This document shows, piece by piece, positions 1 through 11,845 of a stretch of 37,093 bases of DNA. The stretch covers positions 1 to 37,093 of the forward strand of contig NIVC01004720.1 in assembly GCA_002269645.1 (NCBI GenBank). Reading direction: 5' to 3'. The notes beneath the pieces were generated by a model that had not been told where the DNA came from, did no database searches, and worked only from the letters and a program-made list of their open reading frames with translations. The DNA is from Macrostomum lignano. Lineage: Eukaryota. How positions within the stretch are numbered: position 1 is the first letter of the stretch; every line of letters starts with the position of its first letter. A program made the position numbers and the translations under genes.

Positions 1-146
1 GGCAAACAGATTTTCCTGTGTGTACTCCGTCGCCTTGTCCGCCTTGTACTCAATGTCCGCATTTCTTATACTATTCTGGGTGTGACTCAGAAGTGCGGGG
101 AAACCTGTATGCTATCCGTGACGCATGTGGCTGCTGACTCTCAATT

Positions 147-858
147 GTCGTTTGTATCTCTACCTTGTCTGTCTTTATCATGTCTGTCTCTACTTGTCTG
201 TCTTTATCATGTCTGTCTTTACCTAGTCTATCTCGATCGGGATCGTGTCTATTTCTACCTGTCTGTCTCTACCTGTCTGTCTCTACCTGTCTGTCTCTAC
301 CTGTCTGTCTCTACCTGTCTGTCTCTACCTTGTGTATTTCTACCTGTCTGTCTCTACCTGTCTGTCTCTACCTGTGTCTATTCTACCTAGTCTATCTCTA
401 CCTAGTCCATCTCTACCTAGTCTATCTCTACCTAGTCTGTCTCTACTAGTCTGTCTCTACCTAGTCTATCTCTACCTAGTCTATCTTAGCTAGTCTATCT
501 CTACTAGTCTATCTCTACCTAGTCTATCTCTACCTAGTCTATCTCTACCTAGTCTATCTCTACCTAGTCTATCTCTACCTAGTCTATCTCTACCTAGTCC
601 ATCTCTACCGTGTCTATTTCTACCTAGTCTATCTCTACCTAGTCTATCTCTACCTTGTCTATCTCTACCTAGTCTATCTCTACTTGTCTATCCCTACCTA
701 GTCTATCTCTACCTTGTCTATCTCTACCTTGTCTATCTCTACCTAGTCTATCTCTACCTTGTCTATCTCTACCTTGTCTATCTCTACCGTGTCTATTTCT
801 ACTAGTCTATCTCTACCTAGTCTATCTTCTACCTAGTCTATCTCTACCTAGTCTGTCT
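147..858. repeat. Minisatellite, 14-mer CTACCTGTCTGTCT grading into 15-mer CTACCTAGTCTATCT
   Basis: Direct tandem repetition; pyrimidine-rich + strand; produces the low-complexity ORFs at 82-493. Confidence 0.95.
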
Positions 859-3800
859 ATAAATTGTCTGTCTGGCTCTTCTCTTTGTGCTTTTTGCTCT
901 CTCTCTCTCTCTGACTGCATCTCTCTTCTTAGGCTCAGTGTTTGAGAACTTTCTGCTCTCACTGTGCCTTACCCGCGTCTGTTTGTTTCTCTGTTTATCC
1001 CCCAGCAACCTTATCTCAATCTCATTGTGGCTCCACTCGCAGCTTCACTCTCTCTCTTATCCAGGTGAGCACTCTTCTGTTTCAGCGGCTCTGCAGGCGC
1101 AGTGGCGCAAGATTAATTACCACACGGGGCCAGGCTAGGCTAAGTGGGCGATGAATTTCACTTAGGCAAGCACCAGCTTTGCTCCAGTGTAATAATGAAA
1201 ATTGAGTCTTCGACTCACTTTGTGTGCGTGTGTTTTCCCTGTCCCTTAAAATCCCACTCTGAGTCCAGTTGAAGTTCCCGTGGGAGCACCCGGAGCAGCG
1301 AAGAGAGCTGTCCTCATCGTCAAAGCAGTCTCTGTCTCTCTCTCTTTCACTTATCTCTTCTTGTCAGCAGCGCTGCAAAAGTGACAGCTTTCTCACTAGC
1401 TGCTGACAATCTGCTAAATTGTTTATTAATAATCATATTTTTGAAGCAATCCAGGCCAAGTTGGCCTCAATATTCGCGTGACTTGCCAATTTTTCAATCC
1501 AGCAGCAGCATCGCTCTTGAGAGCGCATTTCCCCAAATCCCGAGCCTCTTAAACCTGGCACGGCAACAAGAGGTGTTCAGCGCAGGGCGCTACAAAACAC
1601 GCTGGGAGGGGCGGTGGGGGGGGGGGGAAACAGGTGAGAATTGGCGACGCCCCAGCATCCTCGGAGTCAAAAGGCTTCCACTTGAGCTTCTGCTTCCTGT
1701 CGCCCAGCCTCCCGCAACCAGCCTCATCCCTGCTCTCACGCGCAGCAGCTGACTCAAAGAGCCAAAAAGCAGCAATATACAAAATTTTGTATATTATATC
1801 GCTGGCGCTGAAACTCCTTCAATCGAGCACTTCTGGCATTTTAGGCTGGATTTTTCTGTTTCTCTCGCTACTTTATTTTGCTTTGTTTGACGCGCATGCC
1901 ACTAAAGAGCCATGGACTGAAGCAGAAAATGAGCTGAGTTTTTGGTATCACGAGTGCGTTTAGTATGCTCTGAATAAGTCGAGCTTTTCTCCTGATTTCA
2001 ACAAAAACTCGTTATTTTACCCTGAGGAGAATCTAAGGCAAAGTCTTAGTTAGGCCGGGTGTGTGCTGGTCTATTACTTTTTTACCTCTTTTTTCTCGGT
2101 CGAGCCTGAGAGGTTGCTATGGCAACGGCAGGGCCCGACTTGTTGAGCTCTGATTCGGCAGAGCAAAAAATCACAATTCATTCTTTGCCCCGGGAGCAGA
2201 GGTTGGCAAACAGCAATAATGCTTGCATTTTTATCAGGCCCCTGTGTACTATAGGGGGTGTGTAAGTATTTGTGCAAGCCTATTGCTCGTCTACCCCCCC
2301 CCCCTCCTTACTCGTGTTTGTGCTGCTGTGTGCTGTTGGCTGCCTTGTCGTGAGCAGGAATACAAATGCCTGGCTGAGGTAGGCGTGGAACACTGCTGGG
2401 AGGGGCCGATAGAGAGGGGAGGTAAAGCCGTGTCGCGGCGGTTCCTCTCTACCTTGCCAACCGCAGAGCCTGCCAAGTGCTGTAAATTTGCATCTCAGCT
2501 TGAATGTTTTTCTGCGAGGTTGCCGGTCAGTTTCGACGCAGCTCCCCGCCAACTTTCCAATTGCAAGAGGGAGGGGGGCCGGCGGCGGCTGTTTTCAGCC
2601 AAAACACTTCCAACTATTTGGGGTGGCTGACAGGAGAAAGTGGCCTGGAGGGGGGGGGGCTATTTCTCCCAGAAATGATCGGCAGTGCATTTCCCAAAAG
2701 CACTCCGCAACCTTTTCAATGCCCAGCCGCTGAAACCCCCCCCCCTCGCTCAGCTGGCAACCAAACTTGAGCTGGCAATACTTTTCTCAATTCTTTTGAC
2801 TTCATTCCGACAGTCCCCTTACTAGCTGTGTAGCGCTTCTCACCGCTTGACTGAGCTGCTCTCTCTCCGGGCTCGAGCTCTCTTGAGCACCCTTGAGAAG
2901 CTTCTGCTTCGGTCTCAAAGAGCAAGGATCCAAGGCTAAGTCCAAAGCCGGGAGGTACCGTTCCAAAACAGGAGTCTCTGTAGTTCCGCCAGCGAGAGTC
3001 GAGTACTTGGATGTTTGCAATGGGTTTTAACTGTCTGTTGTGCCTTTTTTGACTACTCGCAATTCCCAAGACGAATTCTCATTAGCGACCTCCGGGGGAG
3101 GGGCCGTTGCTCAGCGGCAGATGTCAGCGCCTGTCAACTGAGGACGCGGAATGCATAACGGAACCCGACTGCAAACAGTAGCAGCGGGAGATACCGGCTG
3201 ATCTGAGCAAGAACGGAATCGGAGGGTTGCAGGAATCGGGGGGGGGGGGTTCCGAACAACTGTTGCCAAGCAGAGCAGGGCTGATAAGGCTGCAGCAAAT
3301 CCTCTGCTTGCATCAGCCGGGCAAACAGGCCTCACAAACACACTCAACACACGCATGCTTGCACTGGTTGCGCAGGCAAACCTACGCTGCCTCTGTAGAC
3401 ATACGCGGGCATTTTTTTATTTCTTGGCAAAGCTTAACAAACCAGCCAACCCCCATCCCGTGACCTGACCTCCGCAAACGCGGGATCCCATCCGTGAAGA
3501 TTACTCACGTCGCGTTATCAACCTTAGCCTAAGCTTAACCACGGCTGCATTCCGTTTATTCAGTTCGGTTAATAGACTTAGGGAGGGAAGAGGGTAGGGG
3601 GTCAGCTGGGACGGGACCTGGAATTCCCCTGCTCAAATCCTTGTTCAGACTGGAGCCAGGAATGAAATAATTTCCCTGCAAACCGAGTAAGCAGACTCAG
3701 CCTGCAGGACCTGAAAAGTTACTTCGTTATCCGGTGCTGGTCTCTGAGCTGCTAACTTATTCCCGAGTTGATTCTGTTTGATCCCCGCCAGCTTCTTGCG

Positions 3801-4879
3801 CCCAGAAACTTTATACTTTTCTTCGTCTCGGGTTTAGAGACTTTGAGTCCTGGGGAGTGGGGTGGGTGGTAGTGGGGTTTGGGAGCTGCATGGTCTTGAC
3901 TTTTTAGACTCTATTTTTCCCCGCGATTTAATCGCACATAAATTTTCCCCAACCACCCATCCCCACAACCCCCTTAGCCGACCCAAATTCCATTACTGGA
4001 TACTCTGAAAGTCTTCCACCCAGAAGCCGTATTATTAAAGCCTTTGAATTCCCTGACAGAGAGAGTGAGAGAGTTGGGGGAAGGAGAGTAAGAGAGCTTG
4101 AGATTGGAGGCGGTGGAGGCGGCCCTTATTGTACCTACTCCACTGGATGGCTTCCTGCGGTGGCCCGAGATTTCCTAGCCTCATCTCCAGATTCAGGTGG
4201 GGACGCCAGTCACGCATGCAGGTGACTCCTTCTCTGAGGCTTTCTGAGAACTCCGCCAGACACCCCAGCTTTCCCGTTTTGAGGTTAGAGAGGCCTAACT
4301 CTTGCACACTGTTTGAGTTCAAGTGGGGGCCCTGATGCACCCGTCTTTGCCCCTCCCACTCTTGTCTTGAGCGCATCATGCATTGTCTTGAGAGCATGCT
4401 CAACGGGCCTCAAGTTTTCCGGCCTATCTATCTATCTGTCTTCCCAATCTCAGCGCCGCTCGCTCAGGGCGTCCGAAAATCGCCTGCTCGAGAAATATGG
4501 AAGCGAGCAATCATAAAGCGGGTTCGATCGCAGCACCAGTGTCTGCAGCATCGAATCCGCTACCCCCCCCCCCCGCAGCCCGCGCAATTCGCCTCTCATT
4601 GATGAGGCTGGCCTTCGAGCAATTTTTACAGCCCCACCGGGGTCGGCAGTTTAGCCGGCAATCCGGCTATCTGATCCGGAGCATCTCTATCAATTCCTCC
4701 TCTCCCTATTAAGACCCGGCCTGAACCCTCCAGCCGCGGTGAAGTGTGACCGAGAGAGAGAAGCAACAGGCAGGGGGGGGGTTGCGTGTCCATCCGCTTG
4801 CTGCAGCATCATATTTAAACCGCAAGCCGCCGCCCACTCAAGCATCAGCCTCTCCGCTTCCCCATCGCAGCAGCTCGCG

Positions 4880-5303
4880 ATGAGCCCCCGCACCTGTTGC
4901 TCCGCCTGGCCGCGGCCGCGGCGCTCATCCTGAGCCTCCTGGCCGAGGAGGTGGCCTTCCGCATCGAAGAGGAGACCGACCTGAAGGCCACCGTCGGCAA
5001 CGTTTGGACCGGGCTGGGGCGCCAGCCTCCCGCGCCGGAGTTCCGCATCATTCCAGCCTCCCGGTTCTTCTCCATCGATCGGGACGGCCACGTGCGCATC
5101 GAGAGTCGCATCGACCGGGAAGACCCGGCCACCTGTCCGGACGCGTCCGAGACTGGCAGTGATTGCGTCATCGAGTTCAACGCCTTCAACGGCACCACGC
5201 GGATTGTCGTCAAGGTTACCATCTTGGACATCAACGACAATTCACCGACGTTTAAATCGCCCGTGAAAGAGATCTTTATTGAGGAGGGCGATCAGCGCTT
5301 CAG
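4880..5303 (+). CDS. Delta-type protocadherin exon 1 (signal peptide + EC1), apparent 1-nt frameshift just after the ATG
   Basis: LLRLAAAAALILSLLA signal-like stretch, then RIDRE..C..C and DINDNSP cadherin motifs; donor AG|GTGAGA at 5304 (phase 2). ATG 4880 is in frame only if the CCCCC run at 4885-4889 has 6 C. Confidence 0.88.
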
Positions 5304-5314
5304 GTGAGATTTCT

Positions 5315-6052
5315 GTCCCACACTCTGTGCTGTCCCACACTCTGTGCCATCCCACACTCTGTGCCATCCCACACTCTGTGCCATCCCACACTCTGTGCCA
5401 TCCGACACTCTGTGCCATCCCACACTCTGTGCCATCCCACAATCTGTGCCATCCCACACTCTGTGCCATCCCACACTCTGTGCCATCCCACACTCTGTGC
5501 CATCCCACACTCTGTGCCATCCCACACTCTGTGCCATCCCACACTCTGTGCCATCCCACACTCTGTGCCATCCCACACTCTGTGCCATCCCACACTCTGT
5601 GCCATCCCACACTCTGTGCCATCCCACAATCTGTGCCATCCCACACTCTGTGCCATCCCACACTCTGTGCCATCCCACACTCTGTGCCATCCCACACTCT
5701 GTGCCATCCCACACTCTGTGCCATCCCACACTCTGTGCCATCCCACACTCTACCATCACACACATCAACCTATCCCACACATCAACCTATCCCACACATC
5801 AACCTATCCCACACTCCAGTCTATCCCACACTCCAGTCTATCCCACACTCCAGTCTATCCCACACTCCAGTCTATCCCACACTCCAGTCTATCCCACACT
5901 CCAGTCTATCCCACACTCCAGTCTATCCCACACTCCAGTCTATCCCACACTCCAGTCTATCCCACACTCCAGTCTATCCCACACTCCAGTCTATCCCACA
6001 CTCCAGTCTATCCCACACTCCAGTCTATCTCACACTCCAGTCTATCCCACAC
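5315..6052. repeat. Intron-1 minisatellite: three successive 17-mer blocks (CCCACACTCTGTGCCAT, CCCACACATCAACCTAT, CCCACACTCCAGTCTAT)
   Basis: Direct tandem repetition filling nearly all of the 760-nt intron 5304-6063. Confidence 0.96.
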
Positions 6053-6063
6053 TTCAACCGCAG

Positions 6064-6748
6064 CCACCCGCTGGACCTCGCCACCGATGCCGACATCGGC
6101 GACAACGGCATGATGACTCGAGGCCACTACTTTTTGAAGGAGGACGAGGGCACCTTCGCTCTGTACCGCAGCCAGCGTGACCTGCTCAGCCTGGGGCTCA
6201 AAGGCTCCCCGATCATCGACTATGAGCAGGAGCAGCAGTACAACCTCACCCTCACCGCCTGCGACGGCGGCAGGGAGCAGCGCTGCTCCAGCCAGCTGCT
6301 GCTGGTTCGAGTCCGGGACCGCAACGACAACCAGCCGAACGTGACGAGCATCTGGAACCCGGACGTGAACGAATCAACACCCATCGGCGGCCTGGTCGCC
6401 AGGATCTACGCGCACGACCGGGACAGCGGCGAGAACGGCCGGCTGAGCTTCACCGTCACCGACAGCCGCACCGCGGCAGCTTTCGCCATCGACCCGGAGG
6501 GCCGCGTCACGCTTCGCAAACGGTTGAACGCTCGGACCAAGTCGGAGTACGACATCCCGGTGCTCGTGTCCGACGGCGGGGTGCCGCAGCGGCAGGTGAC
6601 CATCAAGTTCCGCCTGCGGGTGATTGACGTCAACGACCACGAGCCGAAGATTACCGTGACGCCCATGCCCGGGGGCGGCGGGGCGGGGGACTCGACCGTC
6701 AGGATTGCGGAGAACAGCCGGATTGACCAGACTCTGGCCTTCATCCAG
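6064..6748 (+). CDS. Protocadherin exon 2 (EC2, EC3, start of EC4)
   Basis: Acceptor CGCAG at 6063; ATDADIGDNG, IDYE, DRNDNQP, AHDRDSGENG and DVNDHEP motifs; donor CAG|GTGAGT at 6749 (phase 0). Confidence 0.93.
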
Positions 6749-6851
6749 GTGAGTGCTGGGAATCGGAGATGACCGAGACCGAAATTCTATTTATCCTAAA
6801 ATCATTTCATAATCCCACACCCGAACTATAGTACCACATTCACTTTATGGG

Positions 6852-7315
6852 TCCCACACCTACTTAATGATCCCACACCTACTTAGTGATCCCACATCTA
6901 CTTAGTGATCCCACACCTACTTAATGATCCCAAAAGTACTTATTAATCCCACAGCTACTTAATGATCTCACAGCTACTTAATGATCCCACACCTACCTAA
7001 TGATCCCACATCTACTTAGTGATCCCACATCTACTTAGTGATCCCACACCTACTTAGTGATCCCACACCTACTTAATGATCCCAAAAGCACTTATTAATC
7101 CCACAGCTACTTAATGATCCCACACCTACTTAATGATCCCAAATCTACTTAATGATCCCACACCTACTTAGTGATCCCACAACTACTTAATGATCTCAGA
7201 CCTACGTAATGATCCCAAATCTACTTAATGATCCCACACAGTACCTAATAATCCCATACCTTAATAATACCACGCCTATTAGTAATCCCAAACCTACCGT
7301 ACTTAATTGATCCCA
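6852..7315. repeat. Intron-2 minisatellite, ~19-mer GATCCCACACCTACTTAAT
   Basis: Direct tandem repetition with variant units inside intron 6749-7401. Confidence 0.93.
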
Positions 7316-7401
7316 CACGTGCATATCGGTAGTATTCCCAAAACTATCTGAAAAGTGCAAAAAACCTACGCAAGCCTTGTGTAACCTATCCGAACTTTCA
7401 G

Positions 7402-7808
7402 GTAACAGATGGAGACCTAGGCGAGAACGCCCGAGTCACCTGTTCCCTGGCCCCCGGCAACCGAGGCGGCGCCAACTTCCGGCTCAAGGAGTCCTCAAAC
7501 AGCGACTATTTCCTGCAGAACAGTCGCCAGTTCGACTTCGAGAGCACGCCCGAGCTGGTCGCCGAGATCCGGTGTCACGACGGCGGCCGCCCGCCGCTGA
7601 AGGCTAGCGAGGTGGTTCGAGTCCAGGTGGTCGGTAGGAACGAATTCCAGCCGAGCATCCAGCTGTCGGAGAAGGGCTCCTACAAGACCATTGAGGAGAC
7701 GCATCCTGGCGGCGGGGTTCAAATTGGCGACCCACTGCTCACAGTGACGGCTCAGGACAAGGACAGGGGAGACAGGCTGACCTTCGGCTTGGATGGGTCG
7801 CATTCCAG
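7402..7808 (+). CDS. Protocadherin exon 3 (EC4, start of EC5)
   Basis: Acceptor TTTCAG at 7401; reads VTDGDLGENARV...FDFE...CHDGGRPPL...GRNEFQP...TAQDKDRGD; donor AG|GTGAGA at 7809 (phase 2). This frame is not in the ORF track because it has no start codon. Confidence 0.9.
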
Positions 7809-7830
7809 GTGAGAGAGAGAGACAGAGCGA

Positions 7831-8205
7831 TTTTACATCCTAGAAGTTTTACATCCTAGAAGTTTTACATGTTTTCTAGAAGTTTTACATCCTAGAAGTT
7901 TTACATGTTTTCTTGAAGTTTCTAGAAGTTTTACATCCTAGAAGTTTTACATGTTTTTTAGAAGTTTCTAGAAGTTTTACATCCTCTGTAGAAGTTTTAC
8001 TTCCTAGAAGTTTTACATCCTAGAAGCTTTATATCCTAGAAGTTTTACATCTTAGAAGTTTTACATCCTAGAAGTTTTACATCCTAGAATTTTTACATCC
8101 TAGAAGTTTTACATCCTAGAAGTTTTACATCCTAGAAGTTTTACATCCTAGAAGTTTTACATCCTAGAAGTTTTATATCCTAGAAGTTTTACATCTTAGA
8201 AGTTC
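7831..8205. repeat. Intron-3 minisatellite, 16-mer TTTTACATCCTAGAAG
   Basis: Direct tandem repetition starting about 22 nt after the donor. Confidence 0.95.
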
Positions 8206-8326
8206 CATAATTTTTAAATCGTGTAATTTTCCATGATTATTTTCATCAAACTTTCATCCAGGCATTGAGTCCTACCCATCCAGTACCGACCCATATCTTT
8301 AACTGCCCCCATCCTCCGCCACGCAG

Positions 8327-9122
8327 ATTCTTCGTCATCTCGGACAACACCACGAGCTACTCTGAGGAGCTGGGCGCCACCACCGCCACAGCCGTCATCC
8401 GCGTGGCCGCCACCATCGATCGGGACACGCTGAACGCGCCTGGAGATCTGCTGCACTTTACCGTGACCGTGGCCGACACTGAGGACTCTGCGGGCTCGCG
8501 TCACAGCGCCTCCACCACCGTCACAGTCAGCGTCATCGACGCCAACGACAACGCGCCGCGGATTCAACCGCCGCTGCTGTTCCAGCTGAAGGAGAGCGAG
8601 AAGGCCGGCGCGTTGGCCACCTCTGTGCACCCGCGCGGCGCCGCCAAGATCGCCTTCGATGATGCCGACCAAGGCATCAACGCGCGGGTGGCCTTCCGCC
8701 TGCTGGCTCTCTCCGGCCGCAACGGCACCGGCCAGCGAGTGGCCTTCCCGCTGCCCGGCCGCCCTAGTCGCTGGCCGCTGAATGTCACGGAGGACGGGCA
8801 GATCCGCGCCACTGAATCGCTGGATCGGGAAGAATTCTACGAGTACCAGCTGACCGTGGCCATTGTGAACCACGTGGCCAGCCCGCAGTTGAGCTCGGTG
8901 GCCGAGCTCATCGTCCAAGTGCTGGACGTCAATGACAACTCGCCGGAGTTCGTGTTTCCGCCGCGCCGCGGTGCCAGCATCAGCATCAGCGCCGGACATC
9001 GGCTCGGCGACGAGGTCACCCGGATTGAGGCTCGAGACCGCGACGAGTTCAGCAACATCACCTACACTCTGGTTGGCGGCTCCGGTAGCGCCTTCTTTGA
9101 GCTCGATCGCTTCAGCGGACAG
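8327..9122 (+). CDS. Protocadherin exon 4 (EC5, EC6, start of EC7)
   Basis: Acceptor ACGCAG at 8326; IDRD, DANDNAP, DDADQGIN, LDRE and DVNDNSPEF motifs; donor CAG|GTGAGA at 9123 (phase 0). Confidence 0.93.
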
Positions 9123-9146
9123 GTGAGACTCTGCGTGCTCTCGGGT

Positions 9147-9345
9147 CGGGTTTCCGGTGTGATTTGATGAGGGTTTCCAATGGGATTAGGTTCTGAGTTC
9201 CGGTGTGATTAGGTGCGGGTTTCCGGTGTGATTAGGAGCGGGTTTCCGGTGTGATTAGTGCGGGTTTCCGGTGTGATTAGGAGCGGGTTTCCGGTGTGAT
9301 TAGGTGATGTTGCTGATTAGGTGATGTTGCTGATTAGGTGATTTA
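9147..9345. repeat. Intron-4 minisatellite, ~23-mer GGGTTTCCGGTGTGATTAGGWGC plus 17-mer GATTAGGTGATGTTGCT
   Basis: About 5 copies of the 23-mer and 2 of the 17-mer inside intron 9123-9409. Confidence 0.88.
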
Positions 9346-9409
9346 GATGATTATGGTTCACAAGCAACCATCAATGCACTCTCTGCTCCCCGGCCGCCAA
9401 CAACCGCAG

Positions 9410-9994
9410 GTGCGGCTGGTGCACGAGCTGAGTCCAGGCCAGCACGAGCTGGTCATCCGCGCCGACGACAATGTCGAGTACAGCCGGTCCGTCCAGACCA
9501 GCTTGTTCATCAACGTCACCCACTACGGCGGCCTTGGCATCGGGCAGCTCAAAGACGTGCACGTGAACCTGTCAATCATTGTCGGCATGATCATCGTGAC
9601 TGGCGTCGTCAGCGTCGGCCTCGTCTCCGCCATCGTCTGCGTCCGTCGCCGCTCCCAGAGCCGCGGCAGCGGCAGCGGCAGCAGCGGCGGTGGCGGACAT
9701 CACGGCGGCTGTGGAGGCTCCCTGAGTTCGAGTCCGGAGTGCGACAAAGACCACTGCCAGTGCCGCGCCTCGCTGCCCGATCCCGACGCCGCCGACCCGC
9801 TGTACGGCGGGCACCACCACCAGCACCATCTGGGCGCCTCCCCTGGCACCGGGAAGCGGCCTGAGCGGCAGTTTCCGCTGACTACTTTCAGCCACAATGG
9901 CAGCGCCTTCGACCTGCAGCCCATGCCCGTGATGGAGCATCAGCAGCAGCCGCAGCATCTGCAGCATCCGCAGCCGCACGTGCCTCGAAATGAG
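9410..9994 (+). CDS. Protocadherin exon 5 (end of EC7, transmembrane helix, proximal cytoplasmic tail)
   Basis: Acceptor CCGCAG at 9409; TM IIVGMIIVTGVVSVGLVSAIVCV followed by RRR; donor GAG|GTGAGT at 9995 (phase 0). Confidence 0.92.
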
Positions 9995-10086
9995 GTGAGT
10001 AGTAGCTAAAGAAGGGGAAATATTCGTTGGATTGACCTATAATTAGTGATTTGCATCGCTACTTTTGACACTGTTCTACCCAGCTG

Positions 10087-10446
10087 TACTCTACTCTACT
10101 CTATTCTACTCTACTCTACTCTACTCTACTCTACTCTACTCTACTCTACTCTACTCTACTCTACTCTACTCTACTCTACTCTACTCTACTTTACTCTACT
10201 CTACTCTACTCTACTCTACTCTACTCTACTCTACTCTACTCTACTCTACTCTACTCTACTCTACTCTACTCTACTCTATTCTACTCTACTCTACTCTACT
10301 CTACTCTACTCTACTTTACTCTACTCTACTCTACTCTACTCTATTATACTCTACTCTACTCTACTTTACTCTACTCTACTCTACTCTACTCTACTCTACT
10401 CTACTCTACTCTACTCTACTTTACTCTGTTCTACTCTACTCTACTC
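10087..10446. repeat. (CTACT)n pentanucleotide satellite in intron 5
   Basis: About 70 copies with few variants. Confidence 0.97.
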
Positions 10447-10587
10447 TGCAACAGTAAAGTGAATATGCTTTCCTTACCATTACCGCCTAATGCCCCATCT
10501 CACTGGCAGGCTCCAGTGTGGCAGACTCGGCGACACATTTTAGTTTCCGTCTGAATCAGCCAGTCTGAGCAGACGGCTCAGGGGCCA

Positions 10588-10611
10588 GAGTGAGAGAGAG
10601 AGAGAGAGAGT
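10588..10611. repeat. (GA)n microsatellite
   Basis: Short GA dinucleotide run. Confidence 0.8.
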
Positions 10612-10977
10612 GAAGGAAGAATGAACTATAGGAACTCAACCGATTATTAAGAGAGAGCGGAAGCCCGCCTTGGACAATTTGTGTACGAACTCTTGTCTAC
10701 TAGTATCTGTACCGCGTCAATCTAGCCAAGATAATGCAGGCACACTTTCACGCGCACTAATTTCAATATAGCCCAGTGCTGCACTATATGTATTTGTCAA
10801 TCACCGATTTTTGAATAGGCAAAGTTGATGACTTGGTCAGCTGGTGTCACTCAGGCTTTAACAGCACACACAATTCCTGCACTAAAAAGTGCGTTGCTTT
10901 TGTGATCCCCAATATTGTAATGCGAGTGTTGTTGGGTGACTTCGTTGCCTTCGGCTGCGTGCGGTGGGTAGAGGATT

Positions 10978-11845
10978 AGATATGAAGAGAAGCACGCTGA
11001 GATATGAAGAGAGTGATGCTGAGATATGAAGAGAGTGATGCTGAGATATGAAGAGAGGCAAGCTGAGATATGAAGAGAGTGATACTGAGATATGAAGAGA
11101 GTGATGCTGAGATATGAAGAGAGGCAAGCTGAGATATGAAGAGAGGGACGCTAAGATATGAAGAGAGAGACACTGAGATATGAAGAAGGGGACACAGAGA
11201 TATGAAGCGAGGGACGCTGAGATATAAAGAAAGGGCCACGGAGCTATGAATAGAGAGACATAGAGATATGAAGAGAGGTACACAGGGATATGGCGAAAGA
11301 GACAGATATGAAGAGAGGGACGCTGAGATATGAATAGAGAGACATAGAGATATGAAGAGAGGTACACAGGGATATGGAGAAAGAGACAGATATGAAGAGA
11401 GAGACGCTGAGATATGAATAGAGAGACATAGAGATATGAAGAGAGGTACACAGGGATATGGCGAAAGAGACAGATATGAAGAGAGGGACGCTGAGATATG
11501 AATAGAGAGACATAGAGATATGAAGAGAGGTACACAGGGATATGGAGAAAGAGACAGATATGAAGAGAGAGACGCTGAGATATGAATAGAGAGACATAGA
11601 GATATGAAGAGAGGTACACAGGGATATGGAGAAAGAGACAGATATGAAGAGAGGGACGCTGAGATATGAATAGAGAGACATAGAGATATGAAGAGAGGTA
11701 CACAGGGATATGGAGAAAGAGACAGATATGAAGAGAGGGACGCTGAGATATGAATAGAGAGACATAGAGATATGAAGAGAGGTACACAGGGATATGGAGA
11801 AAGAGACAGATATGAAGAGAGAGACGCTGAGATATGAAGAGAAGG
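10978..11845. repeat. Purine-rich satellite: 22-mer GAGATATGAAGAG... monomers grading into an 84-bp higher-order repeat
   Basis: About 7 near-identical 84-bp units, each built from four GATATG-containing subunits; the overlapping ORFs show a 28-aa period. Confidence 0.93.

Noticed and set aside
4035-4403. 122-aa minus-strand ORF
   Set aside because: No recognisable motif or splice support; within chance length for this GC content.
4690-5240. Minus-strand ORFs over exon 1, and similar shadows over the other GC-rich exons (e.g. 8214-8999, 30097-30600)
   Set aside because: Antisense or alternate-frame shadows of GC-rich coding sequence.
5242-6180. Long ORFs in several frames across intron 1
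   Set aside because: They arise from stop-free 17-mer repeats; cadherin motifs join cleanly across GT-AG sites at 5304/6063.
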